Shown in pieces: positions 20,899 to 30,494 of a stretch of 64,000 nt of DNA; positions within the stretch are counted from its first letter, which is position 1; each line of letters begins with the position of its first letter. Position numbers and translations under genes: made by a program. The stretch comes from a virus: positions 32,001 to 96,000 of the IMG/VR virus record IMGVR_UViG_3300030329_003696; one strand, written 5' to 3'. The notes beneath the pieces are model-generated. The model was not told the DNA's origin and searched no databases. It worked only from the letters and a program-made list of their open reading frames with translations.

Positions 20899-21458
20899 GT
20901 CCTCTTCACGGCAAGTCTATAGCTTTTAAAAATAACTTCCGTAGACCACCCCTTAGTCATCTCAACAAAACAATCAATTGCCACTTTTGGCATCTTGTGT
21001 CTTTGGCCACCATGATTATTATCCCATAGGTAATCGTCAAATAAAATTACACAACCCTTTTTAATAAGCCTGAATGATTGGATGGCATCACTCATTACAT
21101 CAATTGCTTCATGACTACCATCAACGTAGATACCGTCAAAGAGCTGGTCTTCCAATGTCGGAAGGGTGTGCTGTGACTCACCCCTAATCACTTCTATTCT
21201 GTCTTTAAGGTCTTCCATATTGTCTAAGAATAGATTGTAGTGTTCGTTATCAACATCGCCCCGCCACCAGTCAAGACAATAAAGCTTGTCCTCTGGGTGA
21301 TTGAACATGTTCTCAACGATCCACCTAGATGTTCTACCCTCAAAACATCCAATTTCTAGGAAATTGATGGGGTGCTCCCTTTCCTCGAAGAGTTTTGGGA
21401 ACACTCTAATCATATCCTGCGAAGCAACCGTGGTCCAGTTTTGCGTGTACCTTACCAC
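20895..21458 (-). CDS. SAM-dependent methyltransferase (Methyltransf_24-like)
   Basis: LEIGCFEGR, FDGIYVDGSH, LFDDYLW. Confidence 0.88.
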   Translation of the reverse strand: MVRYTQNWTTVASQDMIRVFPKLFEEREHPINFLEIGCFEGRTSRWIVENMFNHPEDKLYCLDWWRGDVDNEHYNLFLDNMEDLKDRIEVIRGESQHTLPTLEDQLFDGIYVDGSHEAIDVMSDAIQSFRLIKKGCVILFDDYLWDNNHGGQRHKMPKVAIDCFVEMTKGWSTEVIFKSYRLAVKRT

Positions 21459-22084
21459 GCCCTACAACTCCAGTAACGAGCTTTCCATCTCGGCCCCGGA
21501 TTATCGCAGTTATGGCGTGCCCTAAAACTTTTTCTGCGTTTTGGATTATCTTTTTTGATCTCCATGTTGGGATCTCCAAAGTTGACCTTAACCACATTCC
21601 CTTTACCATTCTTCACATAGACTGACATTTTTTTAGGACCATCTGGTGTTCTAAATGGCTTGCCAAGTTTGACCTTTCTACCCTGATACTCTGCCGCCCT
21701 AACCGGAACTAGATTCCTACCATTTTTTTGGTAGACACCTTTTCTCTCGTACTCGTAAACCTCGCCGGTCTTAGGGTCTTTGTATTTATATTTATTCTGG
21801 GCCTTCTTCCAAGACTCAGGATCTGGTCTGTCGGGGTCTCCCTTTTTTGCGGGCTTGTAGTCCTTACCTTCACGTTCTTTCTTCTTGCGGATGTTCTCCC
21901 ATAGACCCGGTTTAGCTTCTGAGATATCCCAGTCTTCAACCTCAGACTCTTCGTAAAATACTTCTTCGGCAGAAACATATTCTTCCTCTGCCGGTACATA
22001 ATAATTTTCCTCTGTAATTTCTTCTTCTGAGCCGTATGATTCAAAATAGTAGTGTTCATCAGCTTCAGATATGTAATCAGGCAT
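21452..22084 (-). CDS. conserved large-virus hypothetical protein (acidic N-terminus, basic modules)
   Basis: GLWENIRKKK and KVNFGD..RKSFRARHNC..ARYWSC modules recurrent in large phages. Confidence 0.6.
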   Translation of the reverse strand: MPDYISEADEHYYFESYGSEEEITEENYYVPAEEEYVSAEEVFYEESEVEDWDISEAKPGLWENIRKKKEREGKDYKPAKKGDPDRPDPESWKKAQNKYKYKDPKTGEVYEYERKGVYQKNGRNLVPVRAAEYQGRKVKLGKPFRTPDGPKKMSVYVKNGKGNVVKVNFGDPNMEIKKDNPKRRKSFRARHNCDNPGPRWKARYWSCRAW

Positions 22085-22092
22085 GTTATCTC

Positions 22093-22758
22093 CTAAAAGT
22101 GTGGTAGTTCTGGAAATAGTTTATATCGTATATCTTCCCACACAGCACCAGTAATAATCATTGATGCCTCGTTGTCGGAAGGGTAGTGTACGCCCATAAG
22201 CATTCTAGCCATCCCAGCCATCTGAACCTTGTCAAAAAAGTGTTCTGAAAACTGTGGATATTTAGCTGCTAAGATGTAAGCACTCAAAGCGGCACCAGCC
22301 GTATGTCCGGATGGATAAGCTGGAGTTTGTGCGGTGTGAGAATCGAGCAAGTTGATGTCTATACCGTATTTCTCGGCAAGCTGATAAGGCCTTGGTCTGT
22401 TGTGTCTGTGTTTTAAATTGAGAATGATTGGTAGGATTATACTCCAAGACTTGTCAAATATTTCCTTGGGAAAAGTTATATTTAGCTTTCGTAGGGTCTT
22501 ATGAAACAAATCGTTGGGTTCTCGGTCTACCAGTTTAATTAAATCAACTTGAGAGTTACTTCTGTTTCTTGTCAGATTAGAAAGATACACAAGTTCTTTT
22601 TTGGTTGTCTCACTATTATTTTCTGGAGGGTCCGGAAGAATATCGTCCCAACCAATAGTAACCTTGTTAGACACCTTCCAAGTTCTTGTCTTGTCGGTGT
22701 ACTTCATGTTCTTAATTTGTTCGGATATAAATTTATCCGCACCGATTATATAGTTCAT
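22093..22758 (-). CDS. PAP2/acid phosphatase family protein
   Basis: KxxxxRPRP, YPSGH, RMLMGVHYPSD. Confidence 0.88.
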   Translation of the reverse strand: MNYIIGADKFISEQIKNMKYTDKTRTWKVSNKVTIGWDDILPDPPENNSETTKKELVYLSNLTRNRSNSQVDLIKLVDREPNDLFHKTLRKLNITFPKEIFDKSWSIILPIILNLKHRHNRPRPYQLAEKYGIDINLLDSHTAQTPAYPSGHTAGAALSAYILAAKYPQFSEHFFDKVQMAGMARMLMGVHYPSDNEASMIITGAVWEDIRYKLFPELPHF

Positions 22759-23039
22759 TGCTGTACCATCATATTCTTTGACCTGTTATGTTCGTCGCAT
22801 AGTGGACACATGTCCTGTTTACCAGCCGGATGTATTTCTCTGTCGTGATGTATCATTAAAATACCCTGAAGTATCTGTGTATCTCTAATCATCGAGTGTT
22901 CATTTATTTCTCTAAGTGCTGGATCGGGAGCCACAATAACGTTGGGCGTTCTTAGTTCCCTATACATGTAAGCACTAAAACCTAAGTTACATAAACTGAT
23001 TGCAAACAGCACGTATGCTGCACATCTAAAAAATTTCAT
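22755..23039 (-). CDS. small membrane-anchored hypothetical protein
   Basis: N-terminal hydrophobic helix; H..H..CPLC. Confidence 0.55.
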   Translation of the reverse strand: MKFFRCAAYVLFAISLCNLGFSAYMYRELRTPNVIVAPDPALREINEHSMIRDTQILQGILMIHHDREIHPAGKQDMCPLCDEHNRSKNMMVQQ

Positions 23040-23050
23040 TTTGACACCTG

Positions 23051-24262
23051 CTAGGAAAATAGTTCGGAAATTACTTTTCCTGAATTAGCTATTTTCATAG
23101 GTCGCCCACTATTACTTGTGTAGGTGGTTTGTAGCGAAATGCCAAGAGCCTTACAAACTGAGGCCATAACATCTTGGGATGAATATGCCATTGACTCCAC
23201 TCGTGTGCCGTCTTCGTTAGTTTCACCAACGGCTATGCCGCCGTTCATGCCAGCACCGCCAACGACAACACTCCAGCTTCTCGCCCAGTGATCTCGTCCA
23301 GCGTTTTGATTGATACGTGGAGTCCTGCTAAATTCACCCATCCATATGATAGCTGTGTCCTCCAATAACCCTCTTTGCTCTAAGTCCTCTACTAACGCAC
23401 TCATGCCTTGATCTAGCATGGGTAGTTTCGTGTCTCTTAAGGTTGGGAAGATGTTCTGATGATTATCCCATCCACCTAAACCAACTTCTACAAATGGAAC
23501 TCCAACCTCTACTAAGCGTCTAGCCATCAAGCATCCTTTGCCAAAGCTGTTATCCCCATACCTGTCCCTTACAGATTGTGGTTCTTTTGCTACTTTGGTT
23601 GCGTCCATCTCTGTGCTTGTCAAGACGTTGAAGGTCTTTCTTAATATTTTCTGATGCTCCTTTGCCATACTTCCCCGATTAGTGTTGATAAAATTAGTTT
23701 CTATCATATCGAGAACTTGTGCTCTTTGATAAAATCTTTCATCTATCTTTATGTTGAGATTTCTAATGTTGCCATCACTATTGAGAACCAACGGAGAAAA
23801 CTCTGCACCTAAGAAGCCTGCCCCCATACTCCCACCATTTACAGATATAAACTGTGGAATCATAAGCTCTCTGTCTAATTGCTTAGAGATGACGGAGCCA
23901 TAACTTGGGTGAACCATACTTTGGCTTGGAACATATCCTGTGTGCATGTAGTATCTGCCACGCATATGATCTGCTTCTCTGGTACTCATGCTACGGATGA
24001 TTGCCATGTTGTGCATCTGCTTGGCCATTAATGGCATGTGCTCGCAGATTTCAACGTCGCCAGTCGTAGAGATTGGCTTAAAAGGCCCACCAGTAGCAGC
24101 TCCGGGTTTTAGATCCCAGATATCCATAGTAGATGGTCCACCGCCCATCCAAAGTAGGATGGCCGATTTACCGTTTTTCTTTAGCTGCTGCTCATTAGCT
24201 TTGAGCGTCGTGGTTAAGGTGGCAACTCCCGCTAGGGATGTTAGAAATTCTCTTCTTTTCAT
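23051..24262 (-). CDS. DUF1501 family protein, Tat-exported (copy 1)
   Basis: KRREFL; LWMGGGPSTMDIWD; ARRLVEVGV; GWDNH; GEFSRTP..GRDHW. Confidence 0.92.
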   Translation of the reverse strand: MKRREFLTSLAGVATLTTTLKANEQQLKKNGKSAILLWMGGGPSTMDIWDLKPGAATGGPFKPISTTGDVEICEHMPLMAKQMHNMAIIRSMSTREADHMRGRYYMHTGYVPSQSMVHPSYGSVISKQLDRELMIPQFISVNGGSMGAGFLGAEFSPLVLNSDGNIRNLNIKIDERFYQRAQVLDMIETNFINTNRGSMAKEHQKILRKTFNVLTSTEMDATKVAKEPQSVRDRYGDNSFGKGCLMARRLVEVGVPFVEVGLGGWDNHQNIFPTLRDTKLPMLDQGMSALVEDLEQRGLLEDTAIIWMGEFSRTPRINQNAGRDHWARSWSVVVGGAGMNGGIAVGETNEDGTRVESMAYSSQDVMASVCKALGISLQTTYTSNSGRPMKIANSGKVISELFS

Positions 24263-24263
24263 A

Positions 24264-24641
24264 TTAAAACCTAAAGTGGAAGAACAGCCCACTGAATGGG
24301 GCGGGATAAACCGGCACGGGCTGTGGTTGAATAATGACGGGAGGTCCGTAATAGTGATGATGAATCATTGGCGGATATACCCTGTACTGATATGGATAAA
24401 CGTATGGCCTACCGATTATTATGCTTCCATGTCTATAGTTATGACTGGGTCTAACTTGGGGCTGCTGAGGCCTCTGCCAATCTTGTTTTCCAAAACCAGA
24501 AGGTCTTTGCGGTTGTGGCCTTGTAAAATCCCTAGGGACGCTCTTTACAGTCGGCGGTTTAATAACTTTACGCTCAGGCTGTTGTGCTTCAGCAGACAAC
24601 GGTATAAAAAACAAACATAACAGTGATGCTAAATATTTCAT
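24264..24641 (-). CDS. secreted Pro/Tyr/Gln-rich low-complexity protein
   Basis: signal peptide (AEA|Q), YPY/HHHYYGPP, C-terminal FFHFRF. Confidence 0.6.
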   Translation of the reverse strand: MKYLASLLCLFFIPLSAEAQQPERKVIKPPTVKSVPRDFTRPQPQRPSGFGKQDWQRPQQPQVRPSHNYRHGSIIIGRPYVYPYQYRVYPPMIHHHYYGPPVIIQPQPVPVYPAPFSGLFFHFRF

Positions 24642-24835
24642 TATGCAGCCTCGCAATCTGGGCATTCACAACCGTCTTGACACACACATTCTTGAGTTGG
24701 GCATGGGCATTCGTTTTCGCAGATATCACAAATCACGGGGTTCTCCTTTGTGAACATATTTTTAATTTCATCTTTGTTAATTAAGCAGATTGCGGCAACA
24801 ATAATAACCGCTAAAAAAGGTATTTTAAACTTCAT
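24641..24835 (-). CDS. membrane-anchored Cys-rich (metallothionein-like) peptide
   Basis: TM followed by CDICENECPCPTQECVCQDGCECPDC. Confidence 0.6.
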   Translation of the reverse strand: MKFKIPFLAVIIVAAICLINKDEIKNMFTKENPVICDICENECPCPTQECVCQDGCECPDCEAA

Positions 24836-24845
24836 GGTATTTTCC

Positions 24846-26108
24846 TTAAATGAGAATGTCTGTTAGTATTTTGCCACCGTCTACAATTTCTATTGGGCGG
24901 TCACCGGGAGCCATAAGCTCTTTATCAGCGACAATACCAAGTCTGTTGTAAATAGTAGCTGCCCAGTCTTCTATATTAACTGGGTTTTGATCTGGTTCGC
25001 TCGCCGTAGCGTTGGAGGTTCCGTATGTCATCCCCCCTTTGATTCCACCGCCAGCCAAAACTGTACTGAATACTTTTGGCCAATGGTCTCTTCCTGCACG
25101 ATTGTTAATCTTTGGAGTTCTTCCAAATTCAGAAACCACACAAACCAAAGTAGAATCTAATAATCCACGTTGATCTAAATCTTCAATAAGGGTTGCAAAC
25201 CCTTGATCAAAAGCTGGTAGCTGACTTTTCATTCCGTTCGCTATGTTGTCATGCATATCCCATCCGCCATAGGTTAAAGTGACGAAGCGTGTACCAAATT
25301 CCACCAATCGTCGAGCGAGTAACATTCTAGCACCAGCGGTGTTTCTACCGTATTTGTCTCTGGTTGCCGCTGACTCCTTCTCAAGATCAAACGCATCTTT
25401 TGCGTTCTGGTCTCCTATTAGGCTATAGGCACGGTCATAAAAAGAATTGACAGCCGAGACGGAGTCGGCGTTTTGTTTTTTATTGAAGTCGGTATTTACT
25501 ATGTCTAGCACACGCCGCCTTCTGGAAAATCTCTCGTCTGGAACTGGAACTTTTAAGTCTCTAACCTCGAAGCCCTCGCTTGCCGGATCAGACCCTAAAC
25601 CAAACCCAGAATATGAGCTACTTAGATATCCAGTACCTGCATATTCATTGGGTTGGTTTGGTATGCAGACATATGGAGGAAGGTTTTTGCGTGGGCCAAA
25701 TTCATGTGCAACCACTGAACCCATAGATGGGTATTGAAGGGCTGGGCTAGGTCTATAGCCAGTAAACATATTGTGTGTCCCACGTTCATGAGCAGCCTCC
25801 CCGTGTGTAATACTGCGGATAATTGCAATCTTGTCTGCTACCTTGGCTGTTTTGCCCAATAGTTCTCCAAGGCGTATGCCCGCAACGTTGGTACTAATAC
25901 TACCAAGTGGTCCTCGGTATTCTAACGGGGCGAATGGCTTAGGATCAAATGTCTCCTGATGAGCCATTCCACCCGGAAGATAAATGAAAATAATACTTTT
26001 AGCTGGCCCTTCTTTACTATCGTAGTGTTTTTGATCTGCTCTAGCGAGAGACGCACCTAAAGTACCTAAAACGCCAGCCTTTAAAAAATATCTTCTTTTC
26101 ATCATCAT
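24846..26108 (-). CDS. DUF1501 family protein, Tat-exported (copy 2)
   Basis: KRRYFL; YLPGGMAHQETFDPKP; GWDMH; SEFGRTP..GRDHWP. Confidence 0.93.
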   Translation of the reverse strand: MMMKRRYFLKAGVLGTLGASLARADQKHYDSKEGPAKSIIFIYLPGGMAHQETFDPKPFAPLEYRGPLGSISTNVAGIRLGELLGKTAKVADKIAIIRSITHGEAAHERGTHNMFTGYRPSPALQYPSMGSVVAHEFGPRKNLPPYVCIPNQPNEYAGTGYLSSSYSGFGLGSDPASEGFEVRDLKVPVPDERFSRRRRVLDIVNTDFNKKQNADSVSAVNSFYDRAYSLIGDQNAKDAFDLEKESAATRDKYGRNTAGARMLLARRLVEFGTRFVTLTYGGWDMHDNIANGMKSQLPAFDQGFATLIEDLDQRGLLDSTLVCVVSEFGRTPKINNRAGRDHWPKVFSTVLAGGGIKGGMTYGTSNATASEPDQNPVNIEDWAATIYNRLGIVADKELMAPGDRPIEIVDGGKILTDILI

Positions 26109-26115
26109 TTCCTTG

Positions 26116-26256
26116 TTAGAATAAAAACCTTGACCACCAACCTTGGGATGCTCCCAAGAAGTACACTCCTACTAGAGCACCACCGATGAGGGCGGCACGT
26201 CTAATCAATCGGTGCTTTCTAATAAAGCTAGCGATAGGACCGTTAAACAGGGGCAT
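26116..26256 (-). CDS. 46-aa membrane peptide (not in ORF track)
   Basis: GGAGG RBS; MPLFNGPIASFIRKHRLIRRAALIGGALVGVYFLGASQGWWSRFLF; fills gap. Confidence 0.6.
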   Translation of the reverse strand: MPLFNGPIASFIRKHRLIRRAALIGGALVGVYFLGASQGWWSRFLF

Positions 26257-26272
26257 AGTTACCTCCATTAGG

Positions 26273-27532
26273 TTAAAGAATTACTTTTGCTTCACCCTCC
26301 AACAAATATCTGGGACGACCAGACATGTCAGTACGTTGAATCGCTCCATCAATTCCAAAATGGTCAAACAGCGTTGCTTGTAGATCGAGTGGTCCCACTG
26401 GGTTTTCTATGGGGCTATACGACCTGTCTGCTTCACCAATCGTTCTTCCTGATTGATAATTACCACCAGCCATCATCATTGGTGTAATTGCAGGCCAATG
26501 GTCTCTACCAGAGTTAGCATTGATTTTGGTTCTACCAAACTCTCCGGTAACTACCAGTAAAACTTTCTCATTTAAGCCTCTATCCCAAACATCTTGTAAA
26601 AATCCTGCAATCGCTTTGTCGATGGGGGGAACTCTTCCCTTCAATGACTTAGAAATATTACTATGCATGTCCCATCCACCATAGTGCAGGGTGATGAACT
26701 TGGTTCCATACTCAACTAATCTTCTTGCTAATATCATTTGTTCACCAATGTCGTTGGCCTTTTCAGAACCGTACAGAGCTTTTGTCGTTTCTGATTCTTG
26801 ATCTGTAGCAAACGCATCTTTAGCAGAACCAAGAATCACGTCATAGGCTTGCCCCTTATAGAAACCAACTGAATCAGCACTCTTCCCCTGAATACTTTTT
26901 GATGCTGAACCAAGTGCTCCCAATAGATCCTTTCTAGTGTTGAATCTGTTAATCTCAATCCGTGGTTTAAGATTATCCTTATTGGATGGGTCAAATGGTT
27001 TGTATGCACCACCAAGCCAAGCTCCCTCATCCCCCTCGATTTTGCCTTGCTTCACATAAGAAGGCACTCCATTTCGAGGGTGGTTGGTTCCATACACTGA
27101 AGATATCAGCGAACCAAAAGAGGGGTATTTAGCAGTGGAGGTGGTTGTTCTTTCTGGATTATAATGCCCAGTCATCATAAAGTGGGTACCCTGTCTATGT
27201 GAGGAATCTTTATGACTAAACGAATTAACCACGTTTAACTTAGCTGTGTGTTTAGAAAGCTCGTACCAGTCCTGACCTAAAGTAATGTTAGTACTGGAGT
27301 CATGCGTAGCACCGTTTACTGGTCGCCACTCTGTGGGTACCGTGTCCTTTGGTGCGTGAAAAGTTTCAAACTGCGTAGGACCGCCACCAAGCCACACCCA
27401 GACAACAGCTTTGTCATTCAGGCTCTGTGCATTAGCGGCAAAGACTTCATCAGAGAAGCCTGCCATTGTCATCCCCGCTCCTATAGATCCAACCCTAAGA
27501 AAATCCCTTCGATTAAAGATAAAATCGAGCAT
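26273..27532 (-). CDS. DUF1501 family protein, Tat-exported (copy 3)
   Basis: NRRDFL; WLGGGPTQFETF; GWDMH; GEFGRT..GRDHWP. Confidence 0.92.
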   Translation of the reverse strand: MLDFIFNRRDFLRVGSIGAGMTMAGFSDEVFAANAQSLNDKAVVWVWLGGGPTQFETFHAPKDTVPTEWRPVNGATHDSSTNITLGQDWYELSKHTAKLNVVNSFSHKDSSHRQGTHFMMTGHYNPERTTTSTAKYPSFGSLISSVYGTNHPRNGVPSYVKQGKIEGDEGAWLGGAYKPFDPSNKDNLKPRIEINRFNTRKDLLGALGSASKSIQGKSADSVGFYKGQAYDVILGSAKDAFATDQESETTKALYGSEKANDIGEQMILARRLVEYGTKFITLHYGGWDMHSNISKSLKGRVPPIDKAIAGFLQDVWDRGLNEKVLLVVTGEFGRTKINANSGRDHWPAITPMMMAGGNYQSGRTIGEADRSYSPIENPVGPLDLQATLFDHFGIDGAIQRTDMSGRPRYLLEGEAKVIL

Positions 27533-27552
27533 TTTAGTCTCCCTTTTTCTAA

Positions 27553-28590
27553 CTACCCCGGAGCTTCATAGAAGCCTATGTTAAAGCCCGGACGAGTACA
27601 TTCGTTTACTGTTTTTTCCATACCATGTTTTTTAAGGTGCTTCTCTATATATATACACATTTTTTCGTCTGTACCCTCCCAATTGTTTTTGCAAAAATGA
27701 CAAAGGTATTTGCATTTCCAGTGACTTCTCGTAGGATCTAGGGGTTTAGGGTTAACATTATGTCTTATTTCTTCTACTCTATTCTTTAGCATCTCTAAAA
27801 ATCTAGCTTCGTCGCTTTTATCAAACATTAAAGAAAACGGTTTTGGATCTGGTTCTCCTTCTGCGTCCTTGTAGAAAAAAATACTCATAATTCTATTTGG
27901 ATACTCTGGATAGAGCTTAGATATGGCGTAGAAATAGAGGAGAAGCTGGGCGTCATTCTCAAGTTTTTTATAGTCCTTAACCTCACCCGTGGCCCAGTCC
28001 ATACGACGACCTGATTTCCAGTCAATAACCTCTATCGTATCCTCATTGAGTAGTGTTACGAGGTCGATTGTTCCCTTGATTGCTAACTGCCCCTGAACCT
28101 TCTCTCCATCTATTTCGTATTCAAACTTTGCCCAATCTTCTTCAATCGGGATGTCAAAATGAGGCTCAGGGTGGTGGATATTTCTTTTTCTGGGGTCAAA
28201 CATTCCGTCACTATGCGTAAGGAATGTCCATACCGTTTGAGCCACCTCTTTTCTTTCCTTTGGATAGAATTTATGTTTAGAGTTTTTTGCGTAACAGTCT
28301 ATGGATATCTCTATAAGATCGTTCACAAAGTCGTCTGTATATAACTCGTCCTTCTTAATCCTGATTTTGCCAGCAGCATCATCTTCTACAACCAAATACT
28401 TTCTTCTAGGGTTGTCTTGTTGGAACTTCTTGAGTCCAGCTAGGATCTCCATAGCTTTATGGGCCATAGTCCCCATATCTGCCTTTTTACCGCTATCAGA
28501 TTGGTGCCCAAGAACATAGGTAATAAAGTACTGCATTTGGCAATACGCATAATTATTATAGCTGGAACTTCTCACATACGTGACTAACAT
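27553..28590 (-). CDS. PD-(D/E)XK exonuclease, Cas4/AddB-like
   Basis: GTMAH, GTIDLV, IDWKSG, QLLLY; one N-terminal plus three C-terminal Cys (Fe-S staple). Confidence 0.82.
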   Translation of the reverse strand: MLVTYVRSSSYNNYAYCQMQYFITYVLGHQSDSGKKADMGTMAHKAMEILAGLKKFQQDNPRRKYLVVEDDAAGKIRIKKDELYTDDFVNDLIEISIDCYAKNSKHKFYPKERKEVAQTVWTFLTHSDGMFDPRKRNIHHPEPHFDIPIEEDWAKFEYEIDGEKVQGQLAIKGTIDLVTLLNEDTIEVIDWKSGRRMDWATGEVKDYKKLENDAQLLLYFYAISKLYPEYPNRIMSIFFYKDAEGEPDPKPFSLMFDKSDEARFLEMLKNRVEEIRHNVNPKPLDPTRSHWKCKYLCHFCKNNWEGTDEKMCIYIEKHLKKHGMEKTVNECTRPGFNIGFYEAPG

Positions 28591-28592
28591 AC

Positions 28593-29321
28593 TTACTCCT
28601 TAAGGGATTGGTAGAAATGTTTAACCTTCACCATTAAGGAATCAATGCTATTATCTTGGTTATCTATATAGTCTGTGAAGGGATAATCGTCTAAAGCTAC
28701 TTCGCTAGAGTGATTATCTTCAATTGTTTGTCTTGTTAAGCGAATTAGAGTGCCGCCAGCTTTTTCGATAGCCTTGGCTTCGTTGGGAAATCTCACGTCA
28801 GCAATAATCGCTAATTCTGATTGTTCTTGCTGTATTTTCTTGATGCAAGAACTGACCCAAATCGGTTCGTACATTTTACGCATAACGTCTGTACCAAAAA
28901 ACTGCATAAATTCACGAGCCGTCATCGGCCCTCTTTTGTTCGGATTGTTTAATATTTCCAAACAAGGCATATTTTCCCAGAGTAGATGCGACTGATGTTG
29001 ATTCTTTTGTTCGTCAGTTCCCCACACACACTCATGCGGAATGTTAAACAGTTTTACACATATCCACTTGAGATAATCTGCGAAGCTATATAGTTTTACG
29101 AAGGGCCACATGTTCCCCTCTGCGTATTGTGAAAAGGCTTCATCATTTCTAGTAATGTCAAACTCTCCCCAAGACCCCTCGGTGAGAATGAGAAGCTCAC
29201 CCTTCTTGCCAATCTTCCACCCCTCGACATTATTTAACCGTTCAAGCACAATACCATGTAAAATATTTGCTGTGGTGTTTTTACCCGCCTGCTTTCTTCC
29301 TGATATGCCTAGTATTCTCAT
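28593..29321 (-). CDS. deoxynucleoside monophosphate kinase
   Basis: GISGRKQAGKNT, SFAD, REFMQFFGT, DVRFPNE, HSSE. Confidence 0.88.
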   Translation of the reverse strand: MRILGISGRKQAGKNTTANILHGIVLERLNNVEGWKIGKKGELLILTEGSWGEFDITRNDEAFSQYAEGNMWPFVKLYSFADYLKWICVKLFNIPHECVWGTDEQKNQHQSHLLWENMPCLEILNNPNKRGPMTAREFMQFFGTDVMRKMYEPIWVSSCIKKIQQEQSELAIIADVRFPNEAKAIEKAGGTLIRLTRQTIEDNHSSEVALDDYPFTDYIDNQDNSIDSLMVKVKHFYQSLKE

Positions 29322-30355
29322 TAATAAAGTCCTCGTAGATTTATTAGTATTTCATTCTTTATCTTGTTGACACTCGTGTCACCCAAGTCTTTACCGTATG
29401 TCGCTGGAAAGACTAGACTAAAGAGCCTTCCCAGTTCCCTATTTATTTTTATTTTCGACTCTCTGCCAGCCTGATCGTTGTCTGTTAATACAACCAAGGT
29501 CGTTACACCACTTTTTAGTAGTAACTCTTTTTGTCTAATAGAAACATCTTTACCAAATAGCCCAACAACATTGTTTACTCCAGCCTCGTAGAGTCTCCAT
29601 ACATCCCCCTGCCCCTCAACCAAAAAGAGGCAGTGTTTGTTTCTGGCTGTATCTATTGCATTATCATAATTATAAAGATAGTCTGTTTTTTTTATACCTT
29701 CTGAAAATAGATACTTCGGTTGAAGCCAGTCTTTTGTAGACCTAGCTATGTATCCAATCTTTTTACCGTTGTTCTTTATTGGAATAATTGATCTATGTCT
29801 CATGGCACAGCTATTGTCTTGACAATCTTCTACACCAAAATACCTCAGTGTTTTGCTCTTGAAGTTTCTACTTTCAAAATACGGAGAACTACCAATAGTA
29901 TGTACGTCTAGACAAGATGCGGTTGGTTTAGTAACCGGATCTGATTTCTTAAAAGTTCTCACTAGGTCTGAAAAAAAGTCTTCAGTGCGTTCACCCTTTT
30001 CTTTGTACTCTGTTTTAGCATTGCTTACATTGTATATATTACATATCAACCTTAAAGCGTCTGAAAACTGGTGCGGCTCATCTCTGGAATAAAGTACACC
30101 TCTAACAAAAGCGAAAATGTCCGTCCCAAATTCTTCATGACACCCACGAGTCCAGCATCTCCACACTTGCTTATCCAGCGATATGGACAATGCGTTTGGG
30201 TTATCACTTCCCTCGTGAATGGGACAGCTCATAAATATATTATCCGAATCTTGGGCATATTCCAAATCAAAATGCCCAAGAAGTAAATCTATATCGTTAA
30301 AAACGATGGTTTTCACTTTGTTAAGATCAAGCGTTTGGGTTTTTTGAAAACTCAT
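29321..30355 (-). CDS. dnaG: DNA primase (Zn finger + TOPRIM)
   Basis: CPIH..C..C; LVEGQGD; DNDQAG. Confidence 0.9.
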   Translation of the reverse strand: MSFQKTQTLDLNKVKTIVFNDIDLLLGHFDLEYAQDSDNIFMSCPIHEGSDNPNALSISLDKQVWRCWTRGCHEEFGTDIFAFVRGVLYSRDEPHQFSDALRLICNIYNVSNAKTEYKEKGERTEDFFSDLVRTFKKSDPVTKPTASCLDVHTIGSSPYFESRNFKSKTLRYFGVEDCQDNSCAMRHRSIIPIKNNGKKIGYIARSTKDWLQPKYLFSEGIKKTDYLYNYDNAIDTARNKHCLFLVEGQGDVWRLYEAGVNNVVGLFGKDVSIRQKELLLKSGVTTLVVLTDNDQAGRESKIKINRELGRLFSLVFPATYGKDLGDTSVNKIKNEILINLRGLY

Positions 30356-30494
30356 ACCATAAAAATCCTGTGTTAGCCGCTGCGTACGAGAACCATATCA
30401 ATGCGTGTGGAAAATCCTTTTGCCTTAAATTATCTATGCCACAAGCTAAATAACAAAGCGTTGAAATTGTTATTGCGTATGTTGCTAACATCAT
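30327..30494 (-). CDS. 55-aa two-TM peptide (not in ORF track)
   Basis: GGAGG RBS; MMLATYAITISTLCYLACG..WFSYAAANTGFLWYE; fills gap. Confidence 0.55.
   Translation of the reverse strand: MMLATYAITISTLCYLACGIDNLRQKDFPHALIWFSYAAANTGFLWYEFSKNPNA

Noticed and set aside
27553-28590. Cas4 as evidence of CRISPR-Cas
   Set aside because: No repeat-spacer array or other cas genes seen; solo Cas4-like nucleases are common in phage replication modules.
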